A DNA stretch of 64,000 nucleotides. Source: Octopus sinensis. Taxonomy: Eukaryota. This document shows positions 11,126 through 25,920 of the stretch, piece by piece (position 1 is the first letter of the stretch; every line of letters begins with the position of its first letter). The notes under the pieces are model-generated. The model was given only the letters and a program-made list of their open reading frames with translations. It was not told the origin of the DNA and ran no database searches. The DNA lies in assembly GCF_006345805.1 (NCBI RefSeq), contig NC_043015.1, positions 38,936,001 through 39,000,000 of the forward strand, written 5' to 3'. The position numbers and the translations under genes were made by a program.

Positions 11126-12822
11126 CTTGAAACCCAGGTTGTTGCAGTAACTGGTCCTGAAGCGTGATGGCATTGCTGGGATCTTTGGCACTATCCAGTG
11201 TTATCCCGTTCTGGCATTGGTATAGCTTACAATGCCAAATTTTGGCACAATTCCTTCCAAGATCTTCCAGATATATATTACTGCATACCTCTCCCGTCTT
11301 CTCTCCAGGGAGTAGAGTCTTAACTGTTTCAACCTTTCCCAGTAGCTGAGCTGTTGCAAAGAGACGATCTTCTTTGTGAATCTTCTCTGGATTGCTTCAA
11401 GGTTCGCTGTTAATTTCACATTGGTGGGTGACCATAGCTGTGAGCAGTAATCCAGGCGGCTGAGGACGAATGTCCGCCAGAGGACCATCATGGTTTCCTT
11501 ATCTCTGGTTCTGAATGTTCTAGGATCCATCCAGCCAGTCGTCTGCACTTTGTCGCCATCCTGGTAATGTGCACTTGGAAAGAGGTATCATCACTCACGT
11601 CGATACCCAGGTCCCTCACTGACTTAGGTTCTGGGATTAAAATTTCCTGTGGACCGGTGTACTCTGTAAGTTTCATATTCAGTTTTGGATGCTGGTAGCG
11701 CAGAGCTTGAAACTTTCAGCATTAACCTACATATTATTATCCTCAGCCTATCTGTAAATTGAGTCCAACTCTTGCTGCAGGTGTGCAACATCGCTGGGGT
11801 TCTGTATTTTCTGCGAGACTTTCGTATCATCTGCATACCTTTGCCAGAGTGGCTATCTGAGCATTTGAGGGCATATCTGAAAGGGCCACTATAAAAAGCA
11901 GTGGTCCCAAGACAGTGCCCTGTGGAACACCGCTCACTATTTGTGTGTTCATAGAGGTGGCTCCATTAGCCACTACTGCCTGACTCCTATCTTTCAGGAA
12001 GTCATGTAACCACTCTCCAAGTTTTCCAGCTATACCAAGGTCACGCAGTTTGTGGCATATCATACCATGATCCACCTTGTCAAAAGCTTTTGCAAAATCA
12101 AGGTATATTACGTCCACATTTGATTTGTTGAGTAACTGCCTCAACACCCAGTCATAATGTTGTAAGAGCTGGGTCAGGCAGCTCCTACCTGATCGAAAAC
12201 CACGCTGGGCATCACTCAGCAAGTTATTTTCTTCAAGGAATGCGATTAGTTTCCCCTCTGACTATCCGTTCCATGACTTTGCTGATGTGTGAAGTCAGAG
12301 AGATAGGCCTATACTTTTTGGCATCTGCTCTGTTCCCCCTTTATGCATTGGGTGTATTATTCCCTCCTTCAGCTTGCTTGGCAGTTTGCCATTTGTAAGA
12401 TAGCTCTGGAAGAGAATCTGGTGGAGTTTTGCCAGGGCATGCTTACATGATTTGAGGAAGATTGCTGGGAAACCATTAGGACCAGCAGTTGAGTTTGTGA
12501 CCACTTCACCTATGGCTAGTAGTATATCTTCTTCGCTAATGTCAATGTATTTCATTGTAACTGACCTCGCCGGATATAGGTGAAACGGCAAAGAAGTCCA
12601 CTGGTTCATTCACTTTTCTGGTCATTCAGTATCTCACTGATCTTAGTTGGACTGTCTGTGGCGGAGCCATCTTTTTGGAGGAGGAGTCCTATCTTGCAGT
12701 GTACTGAGGCAGTTTCTTTCGCGTAATGAAAGAAGGCCTTTGGGTTTGACTTAATGTTTTTTTATAACCCAGGCTTCTTTGTCTGCTTTCTCCCTCACAT
12801 AGGATTGTTGCACTTTTTTCCA
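11125..12822 (-). mobile_element. CR1/L2/Jockey-group LINE ORF2 fragment (RT), frameshifted
   Basis: [54 protein letters not shown], (Y)ADD, RDLGI, LDYCSQLWSP and YSLERRR, spread across ORFs 12295-12609, 11827-12222, 11488-11676 and 11201-11548. Confidence 0.92.
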
Positions 12823-12841
12823 TATATATACATATATATAC

Positions 12842-12872
<31 letters not shown>

Positions 12873-12967
12873 CATACATACATATATATACATATATATA
12901 TATATATATGTATACATACATATATATATATATATATACATATATACATACACATATATATACATAC

Positions 12968-13031
<64 letters not shown>

Positions 13032-13088
13032 ATACATACATATATATGCATACATACATACATACATACATATATACATACATATATA

Positions 13089-13345
13089 TCACGTGACCGA
13101 CCAGACCATCAGATGTTGCTACACATCGCTGGTCACAATGCGTTCGCATTGTTTTAGCCTTCGAATGACGCCACCCCGCTGACTAAGCGAGTAGACCAAC
13201 AGAAGAAAGAGTGGGAGAAAGAGTGGTGAAAGAGTACAGCAGGGATCACCACCCCCTGCCGGAGATCGTGGAGCTTTTTTAGGTGTTTTCGCTCAATAAA
13301 CACAGACAACGTCCGGTCTGGGAATCGAAACCCCGATCCTACGAC

Positions 13346-13348
<3 letters not shown>
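13089..13348 (-). mobile_element. SINE family A, 5'-truncated
   Basis: Matches 37433-37733 in reverse complement. Confidence 0.8.
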
Positions 13349-13420
<72 letters not shown>

Positions 13421-13477
13421 ATATATAATATATATATATATACACATACATATATATAAATACATACATACACACAC

Positions 13478-13529
<52 letters not shown>

Positions 13530-13581
13530 ATATATACATATACATACATACATACATACAAACATACACACACACACAGAC

Positions 13582-13612
<31 letters not shown>

Positions 13613-14289
13613 AGTATGTATGTAAGTATGTATGTATGTCAGTATGTATGTATGTATGTATGTATGTGTGTGTGTGTATGTATGTATGTATGTATGTATG
13701 TATGTGTGTGTGTGTGTATGTATGTATGTGTGTGTGTATGTATGTATGTATGTATGTATGTATGTATGTATGTATGTATGTATGTGTGTGTGTATGTATG
13801 TATGTATTATGTATGTATGTATGTATAGCGATGTAGCTGTGGTATATCTGCTCGGCATAACCCTACCTAGATTGGATAGCCGAGTAGTGTGTGAGCTGTT
13901 CACTAGAGATAGAAGTAGAAAACAAACAAACAATAGAAACAAAAAAACAAGAAAACTTTAGACTAATAACAGAAAAAAAAAAGGATCAAAGGTGAGAGCG
14001 AAAATGAAAACAGTTGCAGTGTGGTTGGAGTGGTTACAGCTGCACTCCGTTTGGTGCGATGGTCAGAGGATGAAATGTGGCAGGAAGAAAAAGCTCGCCG
14101 AAGTGCGGGCCTAAAGAGAGTCCCTAACATTTCTTGTTAGCATCGTCGCAAGTCTAAGCACCACTGGAGACGGAGGTGCCAAACATCTCCAGCCGAAAGC
14201 TGAAGAGTGAGTGTGCCGTACGTAAGATGCATAGCTGACCTACTACTACTACCACTACCACTACCACTACTACTACTACTACCACTACC

Positions 14290-14321
<32 letters not shown>

Positions 14322-14494
14322 CACCACCACTACTACTACTACCACCACTTCTACCAGAGTGTGTGTGTGTGTTTGTGTGACTCCATCTTCCGATATACAT
14401 CATCAAAACACACCATATTTATGTTATCTTATATATCATTCAATTTGTCAACATGTCTCTCTTCTCTCTCTTGCATCAGCATTCCACGCACCTG

Positions 14495-14737
14495 CTCTCG
14501 CTCTCCCTCCTCTCCTTCTCTTCCCCCTCTCCCTCTCGCTCTCCCTCCTCTCCTTCTCTTCCCCCTCTCCCTCTCTCTCTCTCGCTCTCCCTACTCTCCT
14601 TCTCTTCCCCCTCTCCCTCTCTCTCTCGCTCTCCCTCCTCTCCTTCTCTTCCCCCTCTCCCTCTCTCTCTCTCTCTCGCTCTCCCTCCTCTCCTTCTCTT
14701 CCCCCTCTCCCTCTCTCTCTCGCTCTCTCTCCTCTCT
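14495..14737. repeat. Polypyrimidine minisatellite (about 40-bp unit x5)
   Basis: CTCGCTCTCCCTCCTCTCCTTCTCTTCCCCCTCTCCCT repeated. Confidence 0.9.
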
Positions 14738-14991
14738 GTTCGTTCAAACTCTCTTTATTCTAAATTTCTATATATAATGTGTCCAACTTTCAATCATATA
14801 TTAACTTTGCTGTCAGATTTTAATTAAATATATTTTAACTCGATTTGTTTACACATCTATCTCTCAGCCCGTCTGTGTGTCTTTATGCCTGCCTCTATCT
14901 CTTCATCATTTGTGTCTGACAATATAGACCTGTGTGTGTGTGTTTGTGTGTGTGCGTGTGTGTGTGTGTGTGTATGTGTGTGTGTGAGAGT

Positions 14992-15106
14992 TTTATCTAT
15001 AATGTAATGTAAAAGTTTATGTACATTTCAATCTTTCTACCTATCTGTACACACACGCGCGTGTGTGTGTGTGTGTGTGTGAGTGTGTGTGTGAGTGTGT
15101 GTGTGT

Positions 15107-15169
<63 letters not shown>

Positions 15170-15227
15170 TACAGATAGGTAGACAGATTGAAATGTACAT
15201 AAACTTTTACATTACATTATAGATAAA
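14992..15227. repeat. 58-bp inverted duplication around (GT)n
   Basis: 14992-15049 is the reverse complement of 15170-15227, with one mismatch. Confidence 0.9.
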
Positions 15228-15346
15228 CAATCAACAACCCCAGACACACAGACAGACACACACAGAGACGTGTGTGTGTGTATGAGTGTATGTGTATGAG
15301 TGTATGTGTATGAGTGTGTGTGTGTGAGTGTGGGTTCTATGTGCGT

Positions 15347-15400
<54 letters not shown>

Positions 15401-16008
15401 GTGTGTGTGTGTGTGTGTGTGCTTGAGTCTAGGTATCTACATTTAAAAATGTAGCTCTAACACTTTCCCTCCCGCAAAACATAAATATTATTAAATTACT
15501 TACTGGGGGAAAATTAAATAATAAAGACTGCATATTTTACACAATAACAACAGCAACAACAACAACATCACCAATCCAATACATTTCACAAATGTCGTTA
15601 AAAACCTGTCAATCACTGAACGTGTCACCGATGTTTTAAAAACCACCCGGGAACCCCAAATATTTCTGCTTGATATCATCCGTGTCTATGTTTAATATTA
15701 GAGTATGCGCATGTGGGTGTATGCACGCGTGTGTGTATGCGCGTATGCGTATATTCGCGCGTGTGTATGCGTGTGCATGCGTATACCCGTGTGCATGTAT
15801 GCACGTGTGTGTGTATGCATGTGTGTGTATGAAAGTGTGTGTATGAAAGTGTGTATTTTTGTATGCTTTCCGTGTGTCCGTGTGTGATAACTGTTATAAT
15901 TAAATGCTTTTTAATATTACGTAATAACAGATTTAATATTTCTCGTTACGAAATATGTAATAACTTCAGTTGTGATATCACCAGTGCCATGCATTATCAT
16001 GCCACATG

Positions 16009-16104
<96 letters not shown>

Positions 16105-16108
16105 CATA

Positions 16109-16189
<81 letters not shown>

Positions 16190-16227
16190 CATATATATAT
16201 ATATATATATAATATATATATATATAC

Positions 16228-16393
16228 AGGCGCAGGAATGACTGTGTGGTAAGTAGCTTGCTAACCAGCCACATGGTTCCGTGTTCAGTCCCACTGCGTG
16301 GCACCTTGGGCAACTGTCTTCTACTATAGCCTCGGGCCGACCAAAGCCTTGTGAGTGGATTTGGTAGACGGAAACTGAATGAAGCCCATCATA

Positions 16394-16456
<63 letters not shown>

Positions 16457-16647
16457 TTGTCCCCCTAGCATTACTTGACAACCGATGCTTGTGTGTTTAC
16501 GTCCTCGTCACCTAGCGGTTCGGCAAAAGAGACTGATAGAATAAGTACTGGGCTTACAAAGAATAAGTCCCGGGGTCGATTTGCTCGACTAAAGGCGGTG
16601 CTCCAGCATGGCCGCAGTCGAATGACTGAAACAAGTAAAAGAGTAAA

Positions 16648-16650
<3 letters not shown>
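16228..16650 (+). mobile_element. SINE family B
   Basis: GGCGCAGGA..GTGTGGTAAG..GTTCAGTCCC head, internal (TA)n(TG)n, (AGTAAAAG)n tail. Confidence 0.85.
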
Positions 16651-16722
<72 letters not shown>

Positions 16723-17835
16723 GTGTGTATATTTAATATATAGAATGTATGTATATACTATGTAACAACATGGCGCAGCGTTTGTATTATCGTGTAATCG
16801 TGTCTACTTGTATCGAAATTGCCGTCGCTGTTATTGTGTATTTCATTGTCTGTGAAAGGGGGCGGAGAACCGGGAAGATTGAAAAGGGGCCGAAGAAGGA
16901 AGCATTTTAGGGACATTTTTACCTTAATAAACAATTGGATGCGGGGAGTTATTTGTCAGTTTTGAGAACCATTTGGCTGTTGCTCGACTTGCTAAAAATA
17001 ACAGTTCATTATCCCTCAAATCATGCTGTACTGTCTTAAATAAAGGACGCATAGGGCAATGCAGTGTTAGATAGTCTTCTAAAAGGTCAGGGATTGTCAT
17101 GGCTAGATTGACCTCGATCGTCTTAACGTTGACCTCTACAGTATTTTCTCATTTATACGGTTGTGAGTGTTGTAGATGACAAGATTTTGGTATCTGAGAA
17201 CGCAATCCGGTTTCAATTCCCCGGTGAAATACTTCACTTCTCTTATTCCATTTATACTTCTGGTAAGGTCATGACTGCCACAACATCTCATTTGCAGAAT
17301 ATTTATCGCCTGTGCAGGGCAGTAGCGTTGTCTTTATTTTGCTCTGAATTACTTGGGAGACGATTATTGCACATCACTAATTTCCATTAAGGAATCAATA
17401 TAATTTTGCCTGATCGATTCAACTGGCTGATTGGGAGATCAAATACGATTTAGGTCCAAGAATTAAGCATCAAGCATGTTGCGGTGGCGGAATTGACGAG
17501 GTGGAGTCTTGATCAGTAAAATAATCTCAAGCTGTTCCGAGCACTAAAGTCAAATACCCTCTCCCTGATCCTGATTTTGTCCGCGACCTCCCCTCTCTAG
17601 TAAACTTATTCATCCGGGCCGTACATCCATATAATTAACTAGAAGACTTCACTGTTCTCTCTAAATGATACTTAGAACTTAACATGTATTTGATTAGAGA
17701 GAAAAATTATACATACATACGTACGTATGTATGTACATACATACATATATGCATACGCACGTACGTACGTACATAGTACATACATGCATACATATGTACG
17801 TTCGTATGTAAGTGTGTGTGTGTGAGTGTATGTAT

Positions 17836-18500
17836 GTCATTATGCAGTTTATTTCAAAATTTCTTGCCAATAGAGAAAGAACCGGTTTCTAACCTAGATC
17901 CAAGGTTCCTTCCTTGGAATTTCAACATCAAACACAGGGTATGTATGTATGTATGTATGTATGTACGTATGTATGTATGTATGTATGTATGTATGTATGT
18001 ATGTATGTATGTATGTATGTATTATGTATGTATGTATGTATGTATGTATGTATGTATGTACGTATGTATGTATGTATGTATGTATGTATGTATGTATGTA
18101 TGTATTATGTATGTATGTATGTATGTATGTACGTATGTATGTACGTATGTATGTACGTATGTATGTATGTATGTATTATGTATGTATGTATGTATGTATG
18201 TATTATGTATGTATGTATGTATGTATGTATGTATGTATGAGTGTATGTATGTATGTATGTATGTATGTATGTATGTATGTATGTATGTATGTATGTATGT
18301 ATGTATGTATTCTCATGCATATAGTTGCATATCTCATATATATTTGATAGGCTCATATATATTTAAATGATGAACTTCTGGAAAGTTTTACAGATTTTTA
18401 CAGTTCCAGTGATGGATTGGATCTGTAGTCTTCGAATTAGCTCTCTCCTTTCTGGTTTTGAGAAACCTAAACTCACAAGATTGGTATTTAGGCAGTGTGG
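17836..18500 (-). mobile_element. 3' end of an RLE-type non-LTR retrotransposon with (TACA)n inside the 3' UTR
   Basis: ORF end ...RRLQIQSITGTVKICKTFQKFII*, then (TACA)n, then a 105-bp terminus also found at 45959-46061 (+). Confidence 0.6.
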
Positions 18501-19182
18501 TGTGGTATGTATATATGTATGTATGTATTTATGTATGTATGTATGCATGCATGCATGCATATATGTGTATCATACAAGTATGTAGGAGTGTAGGCCTACA
18601 ATATAGTAAGCCATAGCTATATCTTCCTATCGTATGTAACGCGGCAGAAGCATATTGATTCAAATTTTGGCACGAGGCCAGCAATTCCGAGGGAAGCGTT
18701 CAGTCGTTTACATCGACCCCAGTGTTCAACTGGTACTCATTTTATCGACCCAGCAAAGATGAATGGCAAAGTCGACCTCGGTGAAATTTGAATTCAGAAC
18801 GTTGAAACGGACGAAACACCGCCAAGCATTTTGCCCGGCACATTAACGATTCTGCCGGCGCGCCGCCCAAAGGGACAGAAATATATTAAAATAACCGAAG
18901 GCTGAAAAATCCAGGTAGCAACTTCGATTCGAGAACAAATAGTAGAACATGTACTTTTGGCTGGTAGACACTGCAAGAGGACGTTGACCAATTCTATGTA
19001 TTAACACTCAGCTTTTCAATATAGTCATGTAACACAACAACAACAACAACAGACTCAGCCATTCTATTCTTTTTTGTCGTCTTTGACTCAAAACATCAAA
19101 CCATCCAATCACTGATGTCTTTTTATTTCTTCTCCAATTATGCTATCAGCTTTCTTGTTTGCTGCTGCAACGTTCACGATCG

Positions 19183-19219
<37 letters not shown>

Positions 19220-19220
19220 A

Positions 19221-19261
<41 letters not shown>

Positions 19262-19639
19262 ACACACACACATTACCTATTCATGTACACATATGTTCTT
19301 CTATAAGTGTCTTGTATGCAATTATAACCGATGAACAACGGGAAGAATTCATTGTGTTGAATATCAAATATTGAACGGTTCCAATTACGTCTGGAATACA
19401 ATGGAGATATCGCTTAGAATTCATATTTATATTACTGCAGACTAACTTACCATTTTTCTGCTTGATAACAAATCGGTTTAATCCTCGAAGATATATGCAA
19501 GTATATTTTACAAGAATATTTTGTTTAGGTATTAAAGTAAAGCTTGACGAGGCTTGCCTTGGTATTGCACCGTAGAACAAGAAGCAGAATTCCTGGCGAG
19601 TCCAGACTCTAATTTTAATTCAATAAATTCGTTAATCAC

Positions 19640-19850
19640 TGCCCAATAGACCAAGTGTTGGCACAAAACATGTCACTCTTGAGTGACTTCTACGGTACCC
19701 GGTGGGTGGCACCTGCAATTCAAAGACACAGTCTTGTCAAGTATTTTGTCACTCTGATTCTGGCCGAGTATCATGTTAAGGCTAGATGTGTCTGGGCAAT
19801 ATAAAACCGCAGATAATTCAACGGACCGAACAACGGAATCTTCATCGTCG
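19640..19850 (+). promoter_or_regulatory. Candidate Arx core promoter
   Basis: Repeat-free, relatively GC-richer patch with CCAAT (~19642) and TATAAAA (19800-19806), about 400 nt upstream of the ATG. A possible short UTR intron runs from GTATGT (19965) to AG (20091). Motif-only evidence. Confidence 0.25.
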
Positions 19851-20160
19851 AAACCGACGGAAAACCACACACACACACACACTGTTTCAAATTCAAATTT
19901 TATTTTCCAAGTAGAATTAATTCAATTCAATGTGTCTAAGATGAAAAATGAAATGCTTCAAATTGTATGTGTCTTTGACATTTATCTGAAATATGCTCTT
20001 ACACCTGTTGTAATATATTCGAAGATTCCAGGTGAAAAGTATTGTTTTGAAAATATTCCCAGATATTTATTTGTGTTATTTTTCATTTCAGGTCAGCATT
20101 GTCCTTACTATAGAAACATTAACTCGCAACGGCAGCTTACAAAAGTCAGTTTCTATGTGA

Positions 20161-20796
<636 letters not shown>

Positions 20797-21245
20797 TAAG
20801 GTCAATTCTATATTTTAAATCGAACTTGTTGATTTATTTAATTATAACTTTCCTTTGTGTTGTAACAATGAAGATATGGAATATAGCAACTAGAATTACA
20901 AAGCCACAACATTTTCATCTGAAATGTTTATTAACAGTCCTAATTAAGTAACATGTGTGAGTGTTTGTATGTGAGTGAGAGAGAGAGCGAGAGAGAGATC
21001 GGGGAGAAAGGTGGGGGTCCTTAAATCTTGGAGTCACAATGAACTGTGTTCACCTTTGAACCCCTTTGAATATCAAAACCAAATCAGTTTAGGTGTTGAT
21101 ATCAACTCAGGTAAAGACTTCCAAACAACTAATAAACTACTGAAATATTTCGGGCTTGTTTTTAATAGAACAGATATGCTATCAAAACTTTATAAGATGT
21201 CCCCCGCTTAAGAGGAAACTATTACTATTTTCTCTCTCCCACCCC

Positions 21246-21307
<62 letters not shown>

Positions 21308-22029
21308 CAGTTATTACTTTTAACCGTCACGGACCTGGCAAGAAAAATGATCGATGTTTAGACTTCATCTTACGTGAACCAATAATGTTGTCTTCGTATT
21401 GTCACAATAGCACAGTTATCAACGTAAGAGTACAGTTAAATATTAATATAACAGTACGGTTAATGCAGCAATACTTAACATTATAATGCAGAACAATTAT
21501 GAAGCGAGGTATTTCTTCAGTAAAGTCAATACAACAACAAACACCATTGTCCAGTGAACAAACACCATTGTCCAGCACAAGTGACACAACTACTCAGCGC
21601 TTTCAAACTGAGAACTAATTTAATGGTACTGACCAGTGACCAACGGTACAGAACGGTTAACAATACCATAGACCAATTCACAACATAACAGTAGTTTATT
21701 ACAATGTACTAGTAAAATAATATGTACTAATTATCTATCTCATTAATATTGCACCGTTGATGTTGATTACCTCATTAACAAAGTAATTAGTGAGATAATT
21801 AACTCATTACAGCAGGCTCTAGGGGAGGCCAAATACACAATCTGAACTCTTATGATACAGTGCAGTTAACACGCAGAATAGTCTACATGTAGCCCGCTAC
21901 ACGTAGAGCGTTCTGTGTGTTGCCCTACATGCAGCACATGAAATGAACTACAGTTCCCAATCACTCATCTTACGTAGAGGCAATGTTTCACTGATAAGGT
22001 CAAATAAGATCGAAACATATCTGAACTCC

Positions 22030-23160
22030 CACACTCATTTTTAAATCTTGATTTATATAAATTTCATTAAGCGTACGAAGACAGGGAAAACATCCGGAAC
22101 AACTGTTGAGATGCTGAAAACATCTAGTGAAGTAGGACCCGCGCTAGTAATTTGTGTAGTCAATCAAATTGTAAAAGGCGGCGGTTTATATCTAATGCTA
22201 AAGAGACAATTGCAGGGACATCAAACTGATGGATTAAGTTATGAGAATAACAACAAAAAATTAGGATTGTTTAGGGAGAGAACCCACTTAAATGAGATGA
22301 AGTTCGGTTCGTACGAGGATGGAGTAGCACCGACGCTTTCGTCTTAGTGTAATTGAGTATATAAGTTCTTAGCTATTACGCCAAATAATCAGTAAGTTAA
22401 AGAAAGCGTATGAAATTTGGTAATTACGCTCTGTAATTTGGTAATCTTTAAGAAAACTAGGCGTAGAATGATGAATTGTGAAAGGGTCCAGTTAGGTGCC
22501 CATCAGGGTTCGGTTGTCTCCCATTATTATCCTTAAAGCCGTAACAGAGGTGCAGAGAAGGAAAACTTCGTCTGTAACAGATGTACAGGAATAGTAAGAG
22601 TAGAAATAGTTTGAAATAGTCGAAAGAGTCCATAGAAGTAGTTGATGACTTTTGTTAGCTAATTAGCAGCGGAGGAGAATAATCCGACAGTTTAGAAGCT
22701 GAAGGAAGAAAGGATGGGAGAAGTTCCGTAGTTATTATCTCTGACTGCAAGAAAAATATTCTCTGAGAGAGGTTTATGGCATGAGGCTTGTGTAGAATGG
22801 GCGATGTTGCATGGTAGCAAAATATGGGTATTTGCTGGGCGTGGAATGTTAGTATATATAAATGACAGGGGACAAAGGAACTGAGGGGAAAACTGGATAC
22901 GAGAGAAATGAGTTGTCGCGTGAAAGAGAGATGACTACGCTGGTACGGACACGTGATACGTGCGGAAGATGAGAGTTGAGTAAAGAAAAGACAAGAGATC
23001 CAATTTGAAGGAATTCCGGAATAGAATGACCAACGAAGACAAAGGATGGATTGGGGAAGGATCTTAAGAGGTTAAAACCCACAAGGGACCACGACAAGGG
23101 GCGGGAAAGTGTACTGGAGAAATTTCACCCGACCTATGCAAGTATGGAAAAGCGGATGCA
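22030..23160 (+). mobile_element. Highly decayed RTE-clade LINE
   Basis: Remnant motifs KTGK..EMLK, (Q)FG, G.HQGS, VDDFC, MLHGS..W, RWYGHV. Confidence 0.6.
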
Positions 23161-23407
23161 AAAAGATGATTGAAATTTCTAAACTGTTAAATTATCAGAA
23201 TGATACTGATGTAAAAGCGTTAAATCTTCTATAGAAACCTCCAGAAATGATATTGTAACAACACTCCCACACACACACACACACGCGCGATATGTGTTAT
23301 TTATAGCTAAATGTTCCGTTTTAAATGGATCTTCAGGCAAACAAGAAACAATATATATTACTTCACATTGCCTAAAGAGCCATATTACGGTGGAACTAAT
23401 CGTTGTA

Positions 23408-23448
<41 letters not shown>

Positions 23449-23792
23449 CGTATATGTAAATGTCTATACATATATTCATTCGTTATCATCATCATCATCA
23501 TCATCATCAGACAGATATTTCTTCTTGTCCTCCTAACATGTTTTGTCCAAGATTTTTATTCTGCTGTGCTGATATTACAGAGTTCTCTAAATACAAAATA
23601 GTTAACCAGAATAAGCAAGAAATGGTCAACTAGTTTCTGTATTCCCCACTGAAATCAATGCCAGCGTCTTAACCTGCTCATGGAGCTTACAGCCTCTCAG
23701 CTACGCTACATGTTGCTCAATAATATGGCGTATGCTGTAGGTGATTCTCATGTGGAGTGGCACCGGAGTAGGAGGAGGTGAAGGAGGAGGAG

Positions 23793-23866
23793 AAGAAGAA
23801 AAAGAAGAAGAAGAAGAAGAAGAAGAAGAAGAAGAAGAAGAAGAAGAAGAAGAAGAAGAAGAAGAA
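23793..23866. repeat. (GAA)n microsatellite in Arx intron
   Basis: More than 20 GAA units. Confidence 0.95.
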
Positions 23867-25479
23867 AAAGATGATTTGTAGAACATAAATTAGCGAACGA
23901 ACTTGATTGATGCTTAAGAGATAAAGAGAGGAAGAGAGACAGTTGTAGTATTGACTGGAATGTGAGTGATGACTTTGGTGGGGGTGAGGGAGGAGAGGTC
24001 GGGAGAAGAGAGAGAGAGAGAGAGAAAGATGAGACGGATCTAACTTGTAAATCAATTTATTTAATTTACATATGAAAGATCAATTATAAAATCAATTAAA
24101 AGCAGAAACCACCAAAAAATTTATTTACAGCTTCAGGAGAAAGGAATCAACGTTATTAAACTAATTATCTTGTCATTAGTCATACTAATAAAATTGTTAG
24201 AACTAATCGGACAAAGCAGATGTTACTAATATGTTTTATTTTATAAATTGAAGCAAATTACTAATTTAATTATATCAGAGCTACCAAATTAATTTGTTCA
24301 TTATAAAAACAAAACTAATCGTTACCACAATAACGTATTTTCTCACTTATTTTGACATTCAAATTGCTCTGAGGAATTCAACACAAAAATTAACTTCTCC
24401 GCCCACACACCCTTATCTCTCTGTCTTTTATTCAGCTCTTTTTGAAATAGAAACTCACCGAACACCTGCGGTGGATCAGCAGTTCATACTCAAATATTCG
24501 AGATCGAATCCTATAATGGCAAACCCAATGATTGGCAAACCTTAAGTTCTTAACACTCTACAGAATGCGTGACTCTCTTTCACCTATCTTCAGCTGATAA
24601 CATAACGTCGTCTGTTTCTTATTTCTTTATTGCCCACAAGGGGGACAAACAAGGACAGACAAAGGGATTAAGGTGCAATCCCATGGTCATTCGTGACCGA
24701 AGGGGGTCTCCTCCTCCTACTCCTCAGCTAAAACATATCTAGTAAAGAACAAAAAGAAACTAGTTGAAAAGCTACAAAAACCCAAACAGAATAGTTTTAT
24801 GGTTAAGATTCCACTTCGCGACCTCATTGTTCCGGGTTCGAACTCACGGCGCAGAAATATGTGTATCTTCAACTGTAATCTCGTGTGGACCTACATCTCA
24901 TGAGTTGAGAGAAGTCATGAACAAATTCACGGCGCGCCCGCACACACACACACATTTGTTTGTGGCAATGTGTTTATATTTACACCTATCCAAACAGTCG
25001 ATATTTCTTATGCTTGTCAAATTTTGTACATTGAATTAGCATCTCAACAAATGAACAGCAATGAAAATAGATACCAGACTGAAATAAATACTGGCAGTTG
25101 ATACGATCCCCTGAAAATCACTTGAAGAGGATGCCGAGGCATGGCCACAATCTTATGACTGAAACTAGTGAAAGAATGAAATCTAAACAGAAATAAAATT
25201 GTTTTCAATGAATTCAAATAGAAAAGAAGGACAGGATGAAGAGAATTATGAGGAAGCTTGAAAGAGGCGGAAGCATGACCCGTTAAAACGATGGCAAGTC
25301 ACAAAATATTCTTCCGCGTCTGAAAGGGCGCGGAAAATTGAAAAGAAATGATAGACTTTGCTGAGAAACACGAAATCAAAGATTTTTTTTTTGCAGTTCA
25401 AAGATTTTTATTGTGTTTCTGACAGGAACCACGAAAATTATGGAACAAAACAATATATCATACAGCAAGAGAATCTACA

Positions 25480-25920
25480 GAGTCTGGCAGGAAACAATTT
25501 AATACATTGTCTCTGGTTGCCCGGTTTTAGCTGAGAGTGAATACATTCACGGGCAGAACCGAGTCAAGCTTTTATATAAGAGAGACTATAACAATCCAAC
25601 GCATACAAAGGAGAAAGACTGACAGAATGCTAAAGCAACCATAAACTGGAATATGTCAGTAAACACAGACAGAGAGTTCGAGGCTAATCAATTAGATATT
25701 ATTGTCAAGAACCACCGGAAAAACTGCCTCGTAATCGAAGTATCGATCTCAACCGATGATGATTTATTTCTCAAACACATTGTGAAAACATCCAACTATA
25801 AAGATCTGGAAAGTGAGATAACCTGAATGTAAAGAGAGAAAACAGAAATAATCCCTGTGATGATAGTTGCTTTCTATCCACTGCACACACATACCTTACA
25901 TTGGAGTGCTGCCCATACAT
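25480..25920 (+). mobile_element. Decayed R4/Dong-type LINE restriction-like endonuclease region
   Basis: DIIVKN..CLVIEVSI..YKDLESEI..IIPV remnants. Confidence 0.55.

Noticed and set aside
17100-17640. Possible Tc1/mariner transposase remnant (DNATA-like on the minus strand)
   Set aside because: A single short motif; no TIRs found.
17875-17925. Hammerhead-like stem plus GAAACCGGT (also 45975-46020)
   Set aside because: No CUGANGA core in either copy (CCAAGGA / CCAGTGA).
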